Assembly (NCBI GenBank): GCA_038063775.1 | Contig: JBBTUK010000014.1 | Coordinates: forward strand, 2,436 to 40,046 | Direction: 5' to 3' | DNA: 37,611 nucleotides | DNA from: Patescibacteria group bacterium | GTDB lineage: Bacteria > Patescibacteriota > Minisyncoccia > Moranbacterales > UBA2206 | Part shown: positions 33,672 through 37,611 of the stretch, piece after piece | How the letters are laid out: each line of letters starts with the position of its first letter | Numbering within the stretch: the first letter of the stretch is position 1 | Notes under the pieces: model-generated | What the model was told of the DNA's origin: nothing | The model's database searches: none | Seen by the model: the letters and a program-made list of their open reading frames with translations, nothing else | Translations under genes and position numbers: made by a program

Positions 33672-34051
33672 CGCTCCTCCAATATCAGCACGCTAGCTGA
33701 TAATTTGCCAGAATTTTTATTGCGCATATGTTAATGTGCTGCTCTGTCCACAATTATCGGATTTGCCGAAAAGTATTATGGAGCCTATAACTTTCTTTGC
33801 ATAAATATATACCAAGGAAGGGAAAAAAGAAAGCGGCTCGCTCCGCCTGGAACAAACCATCAAAAGATAAGAAACTACGCATAAATTTTTTCCGGGAAAA
33901 CTATTCCCGCCGGAGTGTTTCGGCAAACATTGCTTTCCTTTTTCATAATTTTATTGTATCACAAAAATCGGAACTCTTGACTTTTTACGCTTTTTGCATT
34001 ACTTTTAAACACAATTACAATAGTTTTTTAAATTTCCTGCAGGAGGGCATT

Positions 34052-34387
34052 ATGCAAGATATACAAGCCACGGCCTTGCGGAGCGATATTTTAGCTGACC
34101 AGCTTTTCCGGGCCAATCGATTCTGCGTCATATTCGAGCTTATAGAACCCCTGGACCTGAACAAAAAGTGCCTCCGTTCGGAATGCGAAAAAACCGTGTT
34201 CGAAAGGATTATGTTTTTGGTAGTATCCACCGGCGTCGTGGTTGAAGCGGACCTGTGCCAGGAACACGCAGCTTCATACGGTGGAAAAGAATTTCCTCGA
34301 TTCCCGCCGGAATTAAGGGAGCGCTGGCTAAGATCAGCTGGAGCAAGTTCCTTATTTGAAAAAGTTGCGAAAGGCTATGGCCCGTGA
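34052..34387 (+). CDS. Hypothetical protein with putative Zn-binding C-x4-C...C-x2-H motif (start corrected to MQDIQ)
   Basis: SD AGGAGG before ATG 34052; upstream TTGACT-17 bp-TACTTT (33977-34005); CLRSEC...LCQEH. Confidence 0.7.
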   Translation: MQDIQATALRSDILADQLFRANRFCVIFELIEPLDLNKKCLRSECEKTVFERIMFLVVSTGVVVEADLCQEHAASYGGKEFPRFPPELRERWLRSAGASSLFEKVAKGYGP

Positions 34388-34466
34388 GCCATAGCCTTGT
34401 TTTTTTATCCTAAGATCCAGAATATCCCGAACAGATTGCCGACAGTGTCTTCCAGATGAGCAGATA

Positions 34467-34868
34467 TTATTCTGTCGTTTTCCCGTCAAATTCCGGCCCG
34501 TCGGCCATCGCTTCTTCGCGGGTCTTTCGTTCAATGCCGTTCCGGTGATGCGGCGGAGCATAAATCGTGTAAAGTTTGAGTGATTCGCTGGCGGAAATGT
34601 TGATGACATTATGCTCGGCACCAGCCGGAACAATCACGCTGTCGCCGTCGCCGACCGCGTATTCCGTTTCATTGATGATGACTCTGCCTTCGCCCTTTTC
34701 AAAGCGAAAAAATTGGTCGCCATCCTCGTGAACTTCCGAGCCGATTTCCTCACCGGGTTTGAGCGCCATCAAAACCAGTTGGCAGTGCGTAGCGGTATAA
34801 AGCACTTTGCGAAAAGACTCGTTTTCGAGAGTCAATTCTTCAATATTATCCTTGTAGCCTTTTTTCAT
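34467..34868 (-). CDS. Cupin-domain protein (start 34868 or 34880)
   Basis: LVLMALKPGEEIGSEVH...DQFF, VPAGAEHN, LYTIYAPPHH. Confidence 0.9.
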   Translation of the reverse strand: MKKGYKDNIEELTLENESFRKVLYTATHCQLVLMALKPGEEIGSEVHEDGDQFFRFEKGEGRVIINETEYAVGDGDSVIVPAGAEHNVINISASESLKLYTIYAPPHHRNGIERKTREEAMADGPEFDGKTTE

Positions 34869-34882
34869 AATTTTTATCATTA

Positions 34883-34910
34883 ATGCTTATGCTTATGCTT
34901 ATGCTTATGC
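34883..34910. repeat. Hexamer microsatellite (atgctt)x4.7
   Basis: Directly visible upstream of the cupin gene. Confidence 0.9.
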
Positions 34911-34935
34911 CAGATATTACATTCTGAAAATAAGT

Positions 34936-35277
34936 TTATTTCTTTTTATTTAGTGGCTGACTTTGATTATTTTTTCCAGCTTTTTCTTCCTTCTTTTTTT
35001 TCAGCAAATTGGCTGGCTTCCGCGCCATCTGGCTGAAACCACCTTGGAAGCCTTGTTCCCAAAATTCCAAAACGCTCTGCCTTTTCTTTTTCACCTTCAA
35101 CTTGTTTTTCCTCGCATCTCTGGCATGCCTGATTTTATCCTGTATTTTTTTGAGGCGCAAAAAGCGCGGTTTTCTTCCGGCGGCAGCAGCGGAAAATTCT
35201 TTCTTATTTCGGCGGCGCAAAATTTTGTCGCTTTTGGCAATGATAGCCTGGACGATAATTTTTGTCTTTTTGACCAT
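34936..35277 (-). CDS. Hypothetical Lys/Arg-rich protein
   Basis: 113 aa ORF filling the gap; extended -10 TGGTATAAT just upstream. Confidence 0.6.
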   Translation of the reverse strand: MVKKTKIIVQAIIAKSDKILRRRNKKEFSAAAAGRKPRFLRLKKIQDKIRHARDARKNKLKVKKKRQSVLEFWEQGFQGGFSQMARKPANLLKKKKEEKAGKNNQSQPLNKKK

Positions 35278-35338
35278 AGATACATTATACCACTAAAAAG
35301 GAGTTGCGACTGCTTGTTTCAAGTTATAAAAATCAGCT

Positions 35339-35608
35339 TCATAAATAAGTTTTGCCTGCTCGCCTTTTTTGCCATAAGAATTTTAATTTTTCAGCCCGTG
35401 ATAGTTTTTTCATCCAGCTCTCCGCCCGCGCGGTCGCTGAGCGATTACGAAATTTTTTAGAATAAACCAGTTTCACCGGCTGGCGTGAGCGCGTATATTT
35501 CGCTCCAAGCTTTGATGAATTATGCTCTTTCACTCTCCGCTCCAAATCAACGGTGATGCCAGTATATAAAGTTCTATCCGCGCATTGGAGAATATAGAGA
35601 TGATACAT
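35339..35608 (-). CDS. GIY-YIG nuclease family protein (UPF0213/YhbQ-like)
   Basis: YILQCADRTLYTGIT..L.RR..EH, GAKYTR. Confidence 0.92.
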   Translation of the reverse strand: MYHLYILQCADRTLYTGITVDLERRVKEHNSSKLGAKYTRSRQPVKLVYSKKFRNRSATARAESWMKKLSRAEKLKFLWQKRRAGKTYL

Positions 35609-35612
35609 GTTT

Positions 35613-36239
35613 TTATTTTTTATGCCCTTTTTTCCACTCCACCAAGTTTCCCGCTTGAATTTCCAACTTGTCGGCTTTCCGCAAATTACGGATTTGCTTT
35701 CGGTCCAAAATTGGAAAGTGTTTCACTTCCGCCAGATACTCCGGAATATAATCGATTTCTTCCCTGGTCGTCATCCAGCCGAGTTTGTCAAACCGTTTAA
35801 GATTGACCGGGGGCGAATAACTGCGGAGATTTTTTCGGCCCTTTCCATCAATATATTCATGGAAATAGCTCATGGCTAATTCCCGGATAGAACCGTAGAT
35901 TGGCTCGCGGTAACGGAGCACCGCGTGATTAGTTTTGGAGATAGCACCCCACTTCCCGTTTTTTTTGAAAAGAGCCACCACATGGTCAAAATCATGTTTG
36001 TTGGCGGTAAGGTCCAAAAGTAAAGGCGGGTATCCATGGATTCGGAGCGCCAAAGCCGCCAGCACCGCTCCTTCCGTGCAGTGGCAGATCATTTTTTCGA
36101 GCACCGTCAGAGGAGAAAAAACGGTATCTCCTTTTTCTTCAAAGTTTATCCGCATTTTGTCCAGAAAATTTTGTATCTTGACCGGCGTATCCAATCTTTT
36201 CAAAATTTTGAACTCTTTTTCCTGAAGTATTTTTTTCAT
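35613..36239 (-). CDS. Hypothetical protein, possible transglutaminase/papain-like fold (start corrected to MKKILQ)
   Basis: HCTEGA (Cys at helix start), FDHVVALF, WGAISKTN, ELAMSYFHEY. Confidence 0.65.
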   Translation of the reverse strand: MKKILQEKEFKILKRLDTPVKIQNFLDKMRINFEEKGDTVFSPLTVLEKMICHCTEGAVLAALALRIHGYPPLLLDLTANKHDFDHVVALFKKNGKWGAISKTNHAVLRYREPIYGSIRELAMSYFHEYIDGKGRKNLRSYSPPVNLKRFDKLGWMTTREEIDYIPEYLAEVKHFPILDRKQIRNLRKADKLEIQAGNLVEWKKGHKK

Positions 36240-36290
36240 AAAATTTTCCGCCTGCCGCCGGAGCGTTTCTTTGTTTTTATTATACCACCA

Positions 36291-36325
36291 AAAAAATAAG
36301 GGCAAGCCGGTTACGCGCTTGCCCC
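36291..36325 (-). terminator. Intrinsic terminator after the 36354-36683 gene
   Basis: Minus strand gggcaagc/gcttgccc 8-bp stem followed by ttatttttt. Confidence 0.75.
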
Positions 36326-36353
36326 GATCAATCAGACAAAGTTACCGCCGCCA

Positions 36354-36683
36354 TTATGCCGTTTCCAAAACATCTTGGCAACAGGCGCGAACAAATTTGT
36401 CCGTTACGACATAGGCCGTCCCCTTTTTCACAAGATACTTCTCGTCCAGCAGGCCGTCCAAATGAAAGGGAAACAGCCAGCTGAAATGGGCCGCTAAATC
36501 ATCGGCGGTGAAATCGACCCAGTCGTGTTTGGCCTGGCAAAGTCTTGTGATACCATTGGCCGCCAGCGCTTTCTCATCGTCCGAAAAAGCTGTGAAGAAT
36601 TTTCCCACGTTGATTTGGCTCGGTTTTATGGGATAATCCAAGCTTTCCCAGAGGCGTTGCTCTTCCAAGATAAATATCTTCAT
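36354..36683 (-). CDS. Hypothetical protein, possibly winged-helix
   Basis: 109 aa with its own terminator; C-terminal LDGLLDEKYLVKKGTAYVVT resembles a wing. Confidence 0.65.
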   Translation of the reverse strand: MKIFILEEQRLWESLDYPIKPSQINVGKFFTAFSDDEKALAANGITRLCQAKHDWVDFTADDLAAHFSWLFPFHLDGLLDEKYLVKKGTAYVVTDKFVRACCQDVLETA

Positions 36684-36908
36684 GACCGCGTCCTTTCCAC
36701 AAAAGAACTGGAATTTTTGGAGCTATAATGTATTACAAGCCAAAAGCACTTTTGATGCAAAGGATTGTCCGGCATAGGATTGAGCTTATTTTTTCGCCAC
36801 TTTTTTAGCAATAATCTGGCCGATATTGAACACGCTTTTGCCGGAAACCCTCATTTTGGGCTTTCTCTTGCTTTCCCGCTTTGAGTTTGAGTTTTTTCAT
36901 CGGAGTTC

Positions 36909-37460
36909 TTATTTTTCCAGCCATTGGAAGATGGACGGAATCTTTTCTTCTTCGTTAAAATGCTTTTTATTCTGCTCAATAGAAATTTCCGCGCCAAGAT
37001 TTTTTCGGAAGAGTTCCGTGTCGGTTGTCGGCACCCACGGGTCGTTGTCGGAAAAAAGGGCAAGGAAGTTCTGGGTTGTCATTTTCACTTTGGCAAAATC
37101 AATCGGAGTTTTGACCCAAGCGCGCGCGATCATCTCTTCCTCCGGCCCCTCCAGCTGCTTAAGATTGAACCAGCCGGCCACGAAAAACGCTCCGCCGACT
37201 TTTTGGGGAGCAATTGTTTCCAAATATCTGATTATAGTCTGGCACCCGACGCTATGCCCGACAAAATAGGTATTTTTATCCGGCTCGCCCACAATTTTTG
37301 AGAGGCACGCCACCCATTCTTCGATTTTGGGCGTTTCCGGATCGGGCATCAGTGGAGCGACAACTGTGTAGCCTTTTTCCGCCAGCAATTTTTTGAGCCA
37401 TGAAAACCACCCGCCGTCCGGCGACCCGCCCCAGCCGTGAATGAGAAAAACTCTTTTCAT
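36909..37460 (-). CDS. RBBP9/YdeN family alpha/beta hydrolase
   Basis: IHGWGG, GHSVG nucleophile elbow, SDNDPWV, KHF. Confidence 0.92.
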   Translation of the reverse strand: MKRVFLIHGWGGSPDGGWFSWLKKLLAEKGYTVVAPLMPDPETPKIEEWVACLSKIVGEPDKNTYFVGHSVGCQTIIRYLETIAPQKVGGAFFVAGWFNLKQLEGPEEEMIARAWVKTPIDFAKVKMTTQNFLALFSDNDPWVPTTDTELFRKNLGAEISIEQNKKHFNEEEKIPSIFQWLEK

Positions 37461-37501
37461 ATTTTGGTGTCTTTAGGCAAAATCGGCAACGTGATATGGG
37501 T

Positions 37502-37575
37502 TGGTCGGAGAAGGGAGAATTGAACTCCCGCTACATGCACCCCATGCACGCGTACTGCCGCTATACTATTCTCCG
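37502..37575 (-). tRNA. tRNA-Pro(GGG), CCA encoded
   Basis: Acceptor CGGAGAA/TTCTCCG plus ACCA, anticodon arm CGTGC-ATGGGGT-GCATG, T arm GGGAG-TTCAATT-CTCCC. Confidence 0.93.
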
Positions 37576-37611
37576 AAAATTTTACTTTAGGGCCAGCCTT
37601 GCGTACTGCTG

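Noticed and set aside
35339-35608. GIY-YIG homing endonuclease or intron
   Set aside because: It is an 89-aa stand-alone UPF0213 type with no DNA-binding extension and no interrupted host gene.

Overview
This is a housekeeping-rich bacterial chromosomal window of moderately low GC, coded mostly on the minus strand. Several traits point to Patescibacteria/CPR, probably Parcubacteria-like (inference): AT-rich leaders without Shine-Dalgarno (SD) sites, a short AlaRS, a reduced dcw cluster, a stand-alone coupling-protein-like ATPase, and an FtsA-like gene paired with a baseplate-J-like gene. Contents: partial recR, rplU, a PEGA/propeller membrane protein, the infA-rpmJ-rpsM-rpsK-rpsD-rpoA-rplQ-rplM-rpsI cluster, an FtsA-like ATPase with a baseplate-J-like membrane protein, alaS, three orphan genes, mnmA, a VirD4/HerA-like ATPase with its partner and a sigma-HTH/HARE-HTH gene, mltG, pcm, yjbQ, malic enzyme, trxB, trxA, a Trx-CcdA fusion, uppS, a polyprenyl synthase, tRNA-Glu(CTC) with a disrupted copy upstream, murF-ftsI-ftsL-rsmH-mraZ, small accessory genes, and tRNA-Pro(GGG). 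The most striking unexplained structure is a pervasive set of micro-elements: heptamer arrays and 10-50 nt GC-rich palindromes. They are often nested in one another, lie both between genes and in-frame inside core genes (malic enzyme, rsmH, mnmA, murF), and no transposase is present in the window. The best protein-level candidates for undescribed systems are the FtsA-like/baseplate-J-like pair and the stand-alone coupling-ATPase locus. All family assignments rest on motif recognition by eye; no searches were run.
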